32,000 bases of DNA. Origin: Vibrio vulnificus CMCP6. Its GTDB lineage: Bacteria; Pseudomonadota; Gammaproteobacteria; Enterobacterales; Vibrionaceae. Positions 1 to 8,609 of the stretch are shown here, in pieces; the first letter of the stretch is position 1; every line of letters begins with the position of its first letter. Both the position numbers and the translations under genes were made by a program. The notes under the pieces were generated by a model, which was not told the DNA's origin, made no database searches, and worked only from the letters and a program-made list of their open reading frames with translations. The DNA is taken from positions 2,926,104-2,958,103 of the forward strand of contig NC_004459.3 of assembly GCF_000039765.1 (NCBI RefSeq). The letters run 5' to 3'.

Positions 1-1
1 T

Positions 2-424
2 GATGGGGCGTTAGCACGCCTCCAAGGGATCACCGACGCCGGTGGTTTTCTCGACATCAGCTTGGACTTTCTCTTCTACTCGCTCGTTCCTTTTGGCTTT
101 GTCTTGGCTAACCCAGAACAAAACGCCATTGCTGGCGCGTTTTTGATTTTCTCTTTCATTGGAACAGGCAGCAGTTTTCTCGCTTTCGCGGTAATGGCAG
201 GTAAACGGGGCATTGATAACCCGGTTTATCAAAACAAATCGCTTTATTACATGAGTGGGCTGACCGAAGGCACAGAAACCATTGCATGTTTTGTGTTGTT
301 CTGCCTCTTCCCACACTCTTTCGCGACACTTGCTTACCTCTTTGGTGCCGCATGTTGGTTCACGACAGGGACACGTATCTACTCTGGCTTTCATACTCTC
401 AATCAGGTTGATGAAGAGGAATAA
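2..424 (+). CDS. CDP-alcohol phosphatidyltransferase family protein, 5' end cut by the window edge
   Basis: The frame of ORF 62..424 stays open back to nt 2. It translates DGALARLQGITDAGGFLDISLDF, which matches the CDP-alcohol transferase signature DG-x2-AR-x8-G-x3-D-x3-D. The rest is hydrophobic and membrane-like. Confidence 0.7.
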   Translation, partial: DGALARLQGITDAGGFLDISLDFLFYSLVPFGFVLANPEQNAIAGAFLIFSFIGTGSSFLAFAVMAGKRGIDNPVYQNKSLYYMSGLTEGTETIACFVLFCLFPHSFATLAYLFGAACWFTTGTRIYSGFHTLNQVDEEE

Positions 425-529
425 GACAAATTGATCGACGTCAATAGAACATCAACTTTTGCCTGAATGCGATGTTCAAATGACAACACCTTGGTAGCAT
501 AACCGCTCAAAATCCCATAAGAGGCGGTT

Positions 530-2059
530 ATGTCCCAAACGATTGACCAAGCGGTGTTGAAAATCGCACTGAATTTAAGTTCAACCCTATCAAGCGAACA
601 ACAGTACCAACACTTGATTGATGGCATCGCTTCAGTATTTCCTTGTGATGCCGCCGCGTTATTTGTATTTGACCAAGACGGTTTTCTTACGCCCGTTGCG
701 GTGAAGGGCTTATCCCCAGCGGTATTAGGCCGACGTTATTTTCCCGCCACCCATCCCCGTTTAGAGCGTATTTTACAAAGTCGCCACACGGTGCGCTTTG
801 ATGCCGATTGCGCCCTACCCGATCCCTTTGATGGTTCGCTGCTCACCGAAGATCAATGTATCGATGTGCACGATTGTCTTGGCAGCAGCCTTTATGTCGA
901 CGGCCAATTGGTTGGTGTACTAACAATGGATGCTCTGACCGTCGGCGCCTTTGATTATCTCGACCCCGTGATGGTGGAAACCTTTACCGCCTTAACCGCG
1001 GCCACCTTGCGCAATATTGCCCAGTTCAAGGCCTTGAAAGCGCAAAACAAAAAGCAAAAAAGCGTCACGCAAACGCTGATCCAGCAAGCGCGATCCCAGC
1101 AAGGAGAAATGGTGGGATTTAGCCCGCAAATCAATCAGCTGCGCAAACAAATCACCACCGTTGCCCCTTCAGATTACGCAGTATTGATCATGGGAGAAAC
1201 GGGCACAGGCAAAGAGCTGGTGGCGCATAACGTTCATGCGCAATCGCATCGCAGTGACAAGCCGATGATTTACGTGAACTGTGCGGCGCTCCCAGAAGGA
1301 TTGGCCGAGAGTGAGCTGTTTGGGCATGTAAAGGGCGCCTTTACCGGCGCCAATCAACATCGTGCAGGGAAATTCGAGCTGGCTGATGGGGGCACTATTT
1401 TTCTTGATGAAGTGGGCGAGCTGCCTCTGGTACTGCAAGCCAAATTGCTGCGCGTGATTCAGCAAGGGGAATTGCAGCGAGTCGGCAGTGATAAACACCT
1501 GCTGGTGAATGTGCGCATCATTGCCGCCACCAACCGAGATTTGGAGAAAGAAGTCGAAACAGGCCATTTTCGCGCCGACCTTTTCCATCGTCTGAATGTT
1601 TTCCCAATCAAGGTTCCAGCCCTACGTGAGCGAGAAGGCGATATCCCAGTATTAGCCGGTTATCTGCTTGAAAAAGTTCGCCATCAATTCAATGAGCCTA
1701 ACTTGCATGTTCACCCAAAACTTTTGAACCAATTAGAGCATCTACCTTGGTATGGTAACGTTCGTGAACTAGAACACACCCTCACTCGCGCCGCTTTGCA
1801 TGCCATTCAACAAGGACAGACCACCATCAAAAGCGACCATATTGGGACACTGACAAATCAACTTGATGTCAAAAACACATCCACCCTCTTTCCTGAACAA
1901 ACTCAAGGGATGAGAGAGTTGGTCGAATCCTATCAAAAACAATTAATTGAACACGCTTTATCCCAATCGGATGGAATTTGGGCGAAAGCCGCAGAGTTTC
2001 TACAGATGGACAGAGGCAATTTGTACCGGATGGGGAAAAAATTAGGGGTTAAAGCGTAG
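530..2059 (+). CDS. norR: Sigma54-dependent NO-responsive transcriptional activator, NorR type (GAF + AAA+ + C-terminal HTH)
   Basis: 509 aa. The N-terminal ~180 aa are GAF-like. The AAA+ core has Walker A GETGTGKE, the sigma54-contact motif GAFTGA and ELFGH. The C-terminal HTH is Fis-like (AAEFLQMDRGNLYRMGKKLG). SD AAGAGG lies upstream of the ATG. The gene sits directly upstream of a sigma54 promoter and hcp. Confidence 0.8.
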   Translation: MSQTIDQAVLKIALNLSSTLSSEQQYQHLIDGIASVFPCDAAALFVFDQDGFLTPVAVKGLSPAVLGRRYFPATHPRLERILQSRHTVRFDADCALPDPFDGSLLTEDQCIDVHDCLGSSLYVDGQLVGVLTMDALTVGAFDYLDPVMVETFTALTAATLRNIAQFKALKAQNKKQKSVTQTLIQQARSQQGEMVGFSPQINQLRKQITTVAPSDYAVLIMGETGTGKELVAHNVHAQSHRSDKPMIYVNCAALPEGLAESELFGHVKGAFTGANQHRAGKFELADGGTIFLDEVGELPLVLQAKLLRVIQQGELQRVGSDKHLLVNVRIIAATNRDLEKEVETGHFRADLFHRLNVFPIKVPALREREGDIPVLAGYLLEKVRHQFNEPNLHVHPKLLNQLEHLPWYGNVRELEHTLTRAALHAIQQGQTTIKSDHIGTLTNQLDVKNTSTLFPEQTQGMRELVESYQKQLIEHALSQSDGIWAKAAEFLQMDRGNLYRMGKKLGVKA

Positions 2060-2076
2060 GCAACTGAGTATTTCTT

Positions 2077-2116
2077 GATGTAAAAAAGACACGGGTAGCG
2101 TGTCTTTTTTACATCA
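2077..2116 (+). terminator. Intrinsic terminator of norR formed by a perfect 17-bp inverted repeat
   Basis: GATGTAAAAAAGACACG (2077-2093), loop GGTAG, CGTGTCTTTTTTACATC (2099-2115). The GC core GACACG/CGTGTC is followed by a T6 run. It starts 18 nt after the norR stop. Confidence 0.7.
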
Positions 2117-2167
2117 CAGGCATGAGTAATTTAAAAATAAATTCTTTAATTTCATATAGATAACAGT

Positions 2168-2183
2168 TGGCACGCAATCTGCT
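2168..2183 (+). promoter_or_regulatory. Sigma54 (-24/-12) promoter of hcp-hcr
   Basis: TGGCAC-GCAAT-CTGCT compared with the consensus TGGCAC-N5-TTGCW. GG at 2169-2170 and GC at 2181-2182 have the correct spacing. It lies about 80 nt upstream of the hcp ATG and downstream of an EBP gene. Confidence 0.75.
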
Positions 2184-2262
2184 CTTAGGTGAACGTTTTT
2201 AATCTAATAACAACAACCTAAACCCATTTCGTTTAGGGGTAACGACACCGGAGACGCCAACT

Positions 2263-3924
2263 ATGTTCTGTATTCAATGTGAACAGACGATTCAAACCCC
2301 AGCCGTAAAAGGCTGCTCTTTTGCTCAAGGTATGTGCGGAAAAACCGCAGAAGTGTCCGATTTGCAAGACGTCCTTGTCTACTCATTACAAGGGGTTTCC
2401 TACTGGGCGACTCAAGCGCATCGATACGGCATCATTAACGATGAAATCAATCAATGGGCGCCAAAAGCGTTTTTCTCCACACTGACCAACGTTAACTTCG
2501 ATCCTGAACGTATTCTGCAATTAACCTCTCAAGCCGCTCAATTTAAAGCACAGCTAAAAGACCAAGTACTCACTGCCTCTTCATTGGCAAACTCGCCACT
2601 GTCAGAGGTTCCTGCGGTTGCCGAGTTTGAACTGCCAGAAAACGCACAAGCCATTCTCGCCTTCGCCCCACAAGTTGCGGTTAATCGTGGCAAAGAAGGT
2701 GTTCATGAAGACGTCATTGGCCTGCGCTTACTCTGCCTGTATGGCTTAAAAGGAGCCGCCGCCTATATGGAACACGCACGCGTGTTGGAACAAACCAACA
2801 ACGACATTTATGCGGAGTACCACGAAATCATGGCTTGGTTAGGCACCGATCCTGAAGATCTTGGCGAGCTGCTGGACTGTTCAATGCGTATTGGCCTAAT
2901 GAACTACAAAGTGATGGAAATGCTCGATCATGGCGAAACCGCGACCTTCGGCCACCCGGTTCCTACCGCAGTCAACGTCAAACCAGTCAAAGGCAAATGC
3001 ATCTTGGTTTCCGGCCATGACTTACACGATTTAGAAAAAATCTTGCAACAAACCGAAGGCAAAGGCATCAACGTCTACACTAACGGTGAAATGTTACCGG
3101 CGCACGGCTATCCAGAACTGAACAAATATCCACACCTGGTTGGTAACTATGGCAGTGCTTGGCAAAACCAACAAAAAGAATTTGCGAACTTCCCGGGGGC
3201 CATTGTGATGACGTCAAACTGCCTGCTGAACCCCAATGTGGGCCAATACGCAGACCGTTTGTTCACGCGTAGCATCGTAGGCTGGCCGGGTGTCGCTCAT
3301 ATTGAAGATGACGATTTCAGTGCCGTGATTGAATCTGCGTTGGCACAACCGGGCTTCCAACACGATGAGATCGAGCACATGATCACCGTCGGCTTTGGCC
3401 GTAACGCACTGATGAATGCCGCCCCTGCGGTGATCGATCAAGTGAAACAAGGCAACATCAAACATTTCTTCCTTGTGGGTGGATGTGACGGTGACAAGGC
3501 CGAGCGCAGCTACTACACCGACTTCACCGAAGCCGCACCAGAAGATACGCTGATCTTAACGCTTGCTTGCGGTAAGTTCCGTTTCAACAAAAACACCTTC
3601 GGTGACATCAACGGCATCCCTCGCCTACTCGATGTTGGCCAGTGTAACGACGCGTATTCCGCGATTCAATTGGCGTTGGCGCTGGCGCAAGAGTTTGACT
3701 GTGGCATCAACGAACTGCCACTAACGCTTGTCCTCTCATGGTTTGAGCAAAAAGCGATTGTTATCCTGCTCACCTTGTTCGCACTGGGTGTGAAAGGCAT
3801 TTACACCGGTCCAACGGCTCCTGCGTTTTTGACCCCTAACCTGATTGCCATCATTCAAGAGAAGTTTGATATGCGCAGCATCGGTAATGTTCAGGACGAT
3901 CTGAACACCATTCTTGCCGCTTAA
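2263..3924 (+). CDS. hcp: Hybrid-cluster protein / hydroxylamine reductase (NO reductase)
   Basis: 553 aa. The N-terminal Cys motif MFCIQCEQT...C..C is typical of class II Hcp. Length and overall sequence are recognisable as enterobacterial/vibrio Hcp. Confidence 0.95.
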
Positions 3925-3930
3925 TCACTC

Positions 3931-3952
3931 GTGCCCTCCTTCGTGAGGGCAC
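3931..3952 (+). other. Intercistronic stem-loop between hcp and hcr
   Basis: GTGCCCTC (3931-3938), loop CTTCGT, GAGGGCAC (3945-3952). It starts 7 nt after the hcp stop and is followed by a pyrimidine-rich tail rather than a clean T-run. Confidence 0.4.
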
Positions 3953-3985
3953 TTATCTTCCTTCTATCCCAACAAAGAGTGCTCT

Positions 3986-5029
3986 ATGTTTTTTGAATGG
4001 CAAGGCAACGAACCCGCAACGTTGCAATGCGTAGACAAGTTTTTCGAAACCGATGACACGGTTTCCATCCGTCTCGCTGATCTCACTGAATCGCTGCTTT
4101 TTCAATTTAAGCCAGGCCAGTTCGTTAACCTTGGTGTAGAGATCGACGGCAAGATGGAATTTCGTGCCTACTCAATCAGTTCGCTGGCTGGTGAAGAATA
4201 CCTTCAGTTCACCATCAAACGAGTTGAGGGGGGCAAAGTGTCGAACTTCATCATCGACTCTCTGCTTATCGGAGATACGGTTCAAGCCCTCGCCCCTGCG
4301 GGTGAGTTTAATTGTGTTGACCACCCACCACGTGAATTAGATGGACAAGGGAAAGCACTCTTGATCAGCGCTGGATGTGGTGTCACTCCCGTTTTTGCCA
4401 TGGCCAAACATTGGCTGAATAACGAGATGAATGTCGATATTGAGTTTCTTCATATTGCCCGCTCAGCCCAAGAAACGATTTATTTTGATCACCTATCCAC
4501 CTGCCAGTCGGCCTATGCTCATTTCCATTTAAAGCTGCTGCTCAAAGATGCCCAAGGTACAACGCACCCACAAGGGCGATTCAATGCGCAATGGCTGCAA
4601 GATTTGGTGCCAGACTTTGCCACTCGTACCATCTATCTCTGTGGGCCAAATCAGTTTATGCAAGACACGCAAGACTATTTGCAAGCCTTAGGGTTTGATA
4701 TGAACCACTTTTATCACGAAAGTTTTACCCCAGAGAAAGTCGAAGCTATGGAAGCGAGCGATGAAGAGGTTTGTATTTCGGTGCCTGACTTCGCCCAAAC
4801 CATCAACGCCAAGAAAGGTCAGTTGTTGGCGGATGTACTTGAAAATGCGGGTCTGCCGTTGATTGTCGCTTGTCGCAGTGGCATTTGTGGCTCATGTAAG
4901 TGCAAAGTGGCGAATGGCCAAGTGCGTTCCATCAGCCAAGAAACGCTCACCACCGAAGAAATTGCGCAAGGTTATGTTCTGGCTTGCTCATCGCACATCG
5001 AATCGGATCTGGAGGTGTGCTTGCACTAA
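3986..5029 (+). CDS. hcr: NADH oxidoreductase partner of Hcp (FNR-like FAD/NAD domains + C-terminal 2Fe-2S ferredoxin)
   Basis: 347 aa. It has the RAYSIS FAD-binding motif, the GCGVTP NAD-binding motif and the C-terminal CRSGICGSC...C plant-type ferredoxin cluster. It lies immediately downstream of hcp. Confidence 0.9.
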   Translation: MFFEWQGNEPATLQCVDKFFETDDTVSIRLADLTESLLFQFKPGQFVNLGVEIDGKMEFRAYSISSLAGEEYLQFTIKRVEGGKVSNFIIDSLLIGDTVQALAPAGEFNCVDHPPRELDGQGKALLISAGCGVTPVFAMAKHWLNNEMNVDIEFLHIARSAQETIYFDHLSTCQSAYAHFHLKLLLKDAQGTTHPQGRFNAQWLQDLVPDFATRTIYLCGPNQFMQDTQDYLQALGFDMNHFYHESFTPEKVEAMEASDEEVCISVPDFAQTINAKKGQLLADVLENAGLPLIVACRSGICGSCKCKVANGQVRSISQETLTTEEIAQGYVLACSSHIESDLEVCLH

Positions 5030-5054
5030 CAAGCTATGCATTTGATAAACAAAC

Positions 5055-5078
5055 GCCCTCACGATTGAGGGCATTTTC
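5055..5078. terminator. Bidirectional intrinsic terminator between convergent hcr and the methyltransferase gene
   Basis: GCCCTCA (5055-5061), loop CGAT, TGAGGGC (5066-5072). ATTTTC follows on the + strand and GTTTGTTTAT on the - strand. Confidence 0.7.
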
Positions 5079-5097
5079 ACGTGCGGTGGATACGCTG

Positions 5098-6030
5098 TTA
5101 ATTGAAGCGCAGCACTTTCAGCGCGGCTTCACTGTCGATATCCATAAACTCAGGGGGATTGTCCAAACGCTCACGGAAGGTCAACTGGGGCGCTTCTTCT
5201 TTCATGCTTTCAATCAAGAAATCACTGCTCACTGCAGGAGAGTTAACGCATGCCAACACCTCACCTTGGTCTGTCAATAACTCTGGCAGACGGCGAAGAA
5301 TCTTCTTGTAATCCTTGGTTAGCGCAAAACTGCCCTTTTGAAACGACGGCGGATCAATAATCACCAAATCATAAGGGCCCGCTTTTTTGATTTTCCCCCA
5401 AGATTTAAAGATGTCGTATCCCAAGAAGCTAACCTGATTGATGTTGTGCTCATTTAACTTGTGGTTGTCACGCCCTTTCGACAATGACGATTTGGCCATA
5501 TCGACATTCACCACTTTGTCCGCTCCACCTGCGATCGCCGCAACAGAGAAACCACAGGTGTAGGCAAACAAGTTGAGTACATTTTTGTGTTTGGCATTTT
5601 TGCGTACCCAATCGCGGCCATAGCGCATATCCAAAAAGAGGCCAAAGTTCTGATTTCGGCCAATATCTAATTGATATTTCAGGCCACTCTCGACAACCAC
5701 AGGACGCGCTTCCAACTCGCCAACCAACACTTCGGCTGGATCACCATCGGCATAGCGGTGCTGAATCACCACGCAGCGACCAAGCTTCTCTTGCCACAAT
5801 GGTGTGTTCGTTAGTGCTAACAAACCTTCTCTTAGACATTGTAAGAACGCCTCATCCACTTGTTTGAAGAGATTGACGATCAACTGGCCGTGCAGCCAAT
5901 CACAGGTAATTTGTTCTAGCCCTTCAAAACGTCGGCCACGCCCATGAAAAAGACGGCGAATCTCATCGGGAGCTTGCTGTAACTGCGATTCGACATGCTG
6001 GAAAAATGTCGTTAGGTGTGATGCTTGCAT
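5098..6030 (-). CDS. Class I SAM-dependent methyltransferase (RlmI-like catalytic domain, no obvious PUA domain)
   Basis: 310 aa. It shows a Rossmann-type MTase pattern (VLNLFAYTCGFSVAAIAGGA ... VVNVDMA ... DLVIIDPPSF). DPPSF is the motif IV type found in N/C5 RNA methyltransferases. It starts 20 nt downstream of the pseudouridine synthase gene on the same strand. Confidence 0.75.
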   Translation of the reverse strand: MQASHLTTFFQHVESQLQQAPDEIRRLFHGRGRRFEGLEQITCDWLHGQLIVNLFKQVDEAFLQCLREGLLALTNTPLWQEKLGRCVVIQHRYADGDPAEVLVGELEARPVVVESGLKYQLDIGRNQNFGLFLDMRYGRDWVRKNAKHKNVLNLFAYTCGFSVAAIAGGADKVVNVDMAKSSLSKGRDNHKLNEHNINQVSFLGYDIFKSWGKIKKAGPYDLVIIDPPSFQKGSFALTKDYKKILRRLPELLTDQGEVLACVNSPAVSSDFLIESMKEEAPQLTFRERLDNPPEFMDIDSEAALKVLRFN

Positions 6031-6050
6031 CTCTGTCTCTACTCATTCGT

Positions 6051-6746
6051 TTATTTATTGATGGTTGGCCAGTTGAGTCGCCAAGGTGTTAACCATTGTT
6101 CAATCGCTTGGTTAAGCGCCTCGCTGTTCCATTTCTTCCCCAGGGCAGGTTGATTTCTCGGGTCGCACACAAAGTGGTATTGCTCACCTTGGTATTGGAA
6201 ACCAAGACAAAACGCGTGCAAGTAACCACGATCGGAATCGCTGCCCGCATTGTAGATGGGATCGCCAACAATGCTTGAGCCTACCGATTTTAACGCCACG
6301 CGGATCTGGTGGGTTTTGCCTGTGTAGGGTTTACACAGAAAGGCACGTTCTCCCGGTTCTCCGGCAAGGGAAAAGAACTGAGTGATGGCGGGATTTTGCT
6401 TACTGTTGACCAGCTTCCAGCTGGCCCTTCGTGAGCGTTCCATATCGCCAATAACGGTACCTTGTTTTTTCTTTGGCTTCTTCGCGCCAATGGCGAGATA
6501 GAACTTCTCCACCTCTCGTTGCGCAAAGCGTTGTGAAAGCGCGCTGGCCGCCGTGCTGTTTCTTCCCAGCAGCAAAATACCAGAAGTCATTTTGTCCAAA
6601 CGATGAATGAGGTAAAGCTGCTCATCGCCACTCACTTTCGCGACTTCTTGGAGCAACATGGTGTCGCCATCGTCCTTATGTACCGAAACATGCGGGTATT
6701 TGTTGATGATTAAAAAATCGGGATGGGTGAAGAGTATGTCAAACAT
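6051..6746 (-). CDS. RluA-family pseudouridine synthase of unknown target
   Basis: It has the catalytic motif HRLDKMTSGILLL and the downstream GKTHQIRV motif. I place the start at the ATG at 6746 (MFDILFTHPDFLIINK, 231 aa). The ORF track extends to 6839, but that extra N-terminus has no family resemblance. Confidence 0.8.
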   Translation of the reverse strand: MFDILFTHPDFLIINKYPHVSVHKDDGDTMLLQEVAKVSGDEQLYLIHRLDKMTSGILLLGRNSTAASALSQRFAQREVEKFYLAIGAKKPKKKQGTVIGDMERSRRASWKLVNSKQNPAITQFFSLAGEPGERAFLCKPYTGKTHQIRVALKSVGSSIVGDPIYNAGSDSDRGYLHAFCLGFQYQGEQYHFVCDPRNQPALGKKWNSEALNQAIEQWLTPWRLNWPTINK

Positions 6747-6859
6747 GGCGTAAAAAGCGTTTAAGCCCAATGAAGCGTCAATGGCTGGTTTCAAGAATAA
6801 GGGCGAAGTATACCCTTTATCACCATGAATACCAGCCAAAGAGCCAGAGTGCGGCGGTG

Positions 6860-8476
6860 TTACGCGATACGGAACTTACCAATCAACTGTTCAAGCTGTG
6901 CCACTTTGCTTCCCAGCCCCGCCACGCTGGCTGAGCTGCGATTGGCAAGTGCAAGAGATTGCTCTGAGATGTCACTGATGGCCGTGATGTCAGAGGCGAT
7001 TTCTTTGGTCACGGCGGTCTGTTCCTCTGCGGCGGTCGCGATTGAATTCACCATGCTTTGCACGTTCGCCGCTCCAGCCACGATCGCCTCCAGTGACGCG
7101 ACTGCGCCTTGGCTTTGCTCAACACCAATTTCAACCAAACGGCAGTTGTCTTGAGTGTAAGTCACCGCATCATGCGTCCCTGATTGAATGGCTTGAATGA
7201 TATCTGCCACTTCCTTGGTCGCTTTGGTGGTTCTTTCAGCTAACGCTCTAACCTCATCTGCTACCACCGCAAAACCACGGCCAAACTCACCAGCGCGGGC
7301 CGCTTCAATCGCCGCATTCAACGCCAAAAGGTTGGTTTGCGCTGCAATATCTTCAATCACCTTAATCACGCTACCAATTTGTTCGCTATGTGTTCCTAGT
7401 GCGTTCATTTGCACCGACATATCACTCATTTGCTGAGAGACTTGCTGAATGCTCGCCACCATATCGACGATCACTTTTCGCCCCTCTTCGGCTGAAGACT
7501 CTGAACGTTTGGCTTCCTCAAACGTTGAGGTGCCTTGTTGCGCGACTTCAGAGATCGTGAGGCTAAGCTCTTCGGCTGCGGTGGCAATCAAATTCGCTTT
7601 GTCAGCTTGCGCGGATGCGCCCTGAACAATGTCTCGGCTCACATTATTGAGATCGCCAGTCACCACTTGCACTTCACGGGTGACCGAAGAGATTGAGCCA
7701 ATGAGACTCACAAGCGAATGCTGCATTTTATTGACGGACGCGGCGAGGTTAGCCAACTCATCGCCTGAACGATCTTCAATATCTTCTGCGGTGAGATCGC
7801 CACCAGCAACACGTTGAGCCACTTCATCTAGCTTACTCAAACGGACGGTAATCGAATTTGAAAGCAGGTAAGCGATTGCACAAGTCAGTACAATCCCAAT
7901 CGCGGTGAGTATCATGATGGTACGCTCAATATTAGACAGAGAGTCCTCTAAGGCCCCCATGGCCGCATCTGCACCCGCAATTTCTTCCTCTGATGCCTCA
8001 TCAAGCATGTTTTCAATTGGAATCAAGTGGGTTTGATACAACGTGCGTAAAGCCACAATCAGAGATTCATCAATGTCTCCCTGTCCATTTTTCGCCAAAA
8101 TTTGAGCTTCAAATGCGTCAGTAAACTGCTTCATGGACGATTCAATTTTCTCAAGGCGGCGATCATCTTCTCCCCCTGGCGTTTCAAGTTTACGCACTTC
8201 TCTTAGTGCGTCCGCAAACTCCCCTTTGTTGTCACGGTAATCTTGCGCTGCGCCTTCTACGCCTGTCACAACCCCCATCGCATCACGGTAGACGTCTCCC
8301 GCTTCATCCACCAAAATTAAGTAGTAAACCACTTCTGGTACATCGTCTTGACGCACTTCATTGGCCACAGAATGCGACTCCGTCACTTCTATCCAAATCG
8401 TCGTCACCATCACCAGCATAATGGCTAAAATACTGCCAAAACCAGCGTAGAGCTTTTTCCTGACTGACATCTTCAC
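6860..8476 (-). CDS. Methyl-accepting chemotaxis protein (2 TM, periplasmic helical sensor, HAMP, MA signalling domain)
   Basis: 538 aa. It has an N-terminal TM segment and a second TM ([20 protein letters not shown]) followed by HAMP. The signalling hairpin is highly conserved ([39 protein letters not shown]). The track start is a GTG at 8476; an ATG at 8470 is an alternative. Confidence 0.9.
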   Translation of the reverse strand: MKMSVRKKLYAGFGSILAIMLVMVTTIWIEVTESHSVANEVRQDDVPEVVYYLILVDEAGDVYRDAMGVVTGVEGAAQDYRDNKGEFADALREVRKLETPGGEDDRRLEKIESSMKQFTDAFEAQILAKNGQGDIDESLIVALRTLYQTHLIPIENMLDEASEEEIAGADAAMGALEDSLSNIERTIMILTAIGIVLTCAIAYLLSNSITVRLSKLDEVAQRVAGGDLTAEDIEDRSGDELANLAASVNKMQHSLVSLIGSISSVTREVQVVTGDLNNVSRDIVQGASAQADKANLIATAAEELSLTISEVAQQGTSTFEEAKRSESSAEEGRKVIVDMVASIQQVSQQMSDMSVQMNALGTHSEQIGSVIKVIEDIAAQTNLLALNAAIEAARAGEFGRGFAVVADEVRALAERTTKATKEVADIIQAIQSGTHDAVTYTQDNCRLVEIGVEQSQGAVASLEAIVAGAANVQSMVNSIATAAEEQTAVTKEIASDITAISDISEQSLALANRSSASVAGLGSKVAQLEQLIGKFRIA

Positions 8477-8516
8477 AACACTTCCCTTCTTAATATAAAT
8501 AGAGCAATCACCATTT

Positions 8517-8543
8517 ATATCGACAAGCTAATCAATATGTTTA
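8517..8543 (-). promoter_or_regulatory. Sigma28 (FliA) type promoter for the MCP gene
   Basis: The minus strand reads CTAAAC-N14-GTCGATAT, that is TAAA-N15-GtCGATAt, compared with the consensus TAAA-N15-GCCGATAA. The -10 element ends about 40 nt upstream of the start codon. Confidence 0.65.
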
Positions 8544-8557
8544 GTGTGATGCGTCGC

Positions 8558-8588
8558 AAAAAAAAACCTCCTTTTGAAGGAGGTTTTT
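8558..8588 (-). terminator. Intrinsic terminator of the NSS transporter gene
   Basis: 12-bp perfect stem AAAAACCTCCTT (8562-8573) / AAGGAGGTTTTT (8577-8588). On the minus strand the stem runs into a T9 tract. It lies 22 nt past the transporter stop. Confidence 0.85.
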
Positions 8589-8609
8589 ATCACTCAAACG
8601 GATTTGAAT

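Noticed and set aside
4900-5280. A 126-aa plus-strand ORF spanning the hcr 3' end, the terminator and the methyltransferase 3' end. The ORFs at 4863-5045 and 5102-5311 were also considered.
   Set aside because: It crosses a bidirectional terminator, overlaps two well-supported genes and has no family resemblance.
6800-6818. A weak 5-bp hairpin (AAGGG...CCCTT) between the MCP gene and the pseudouridine synthase
   Set aside because: The stem is too short and the tail is poor. I cannot decide from sequence whether the MCP gene is co-transcribed with the two RNA-modification genes.
6825-8421. Four plus-strand ORFs (109, 79, 62 and 71 aa) antisense to the MCP gene
   Set aside because: They lie wholly inside a confidently identified MCP gene. 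They are Ala/Ser/Thr/Leu-rich, as expected from the reverse complement of Ala/Glu-rich coiled-coil coding sequence. They have no SD or promoter signals.
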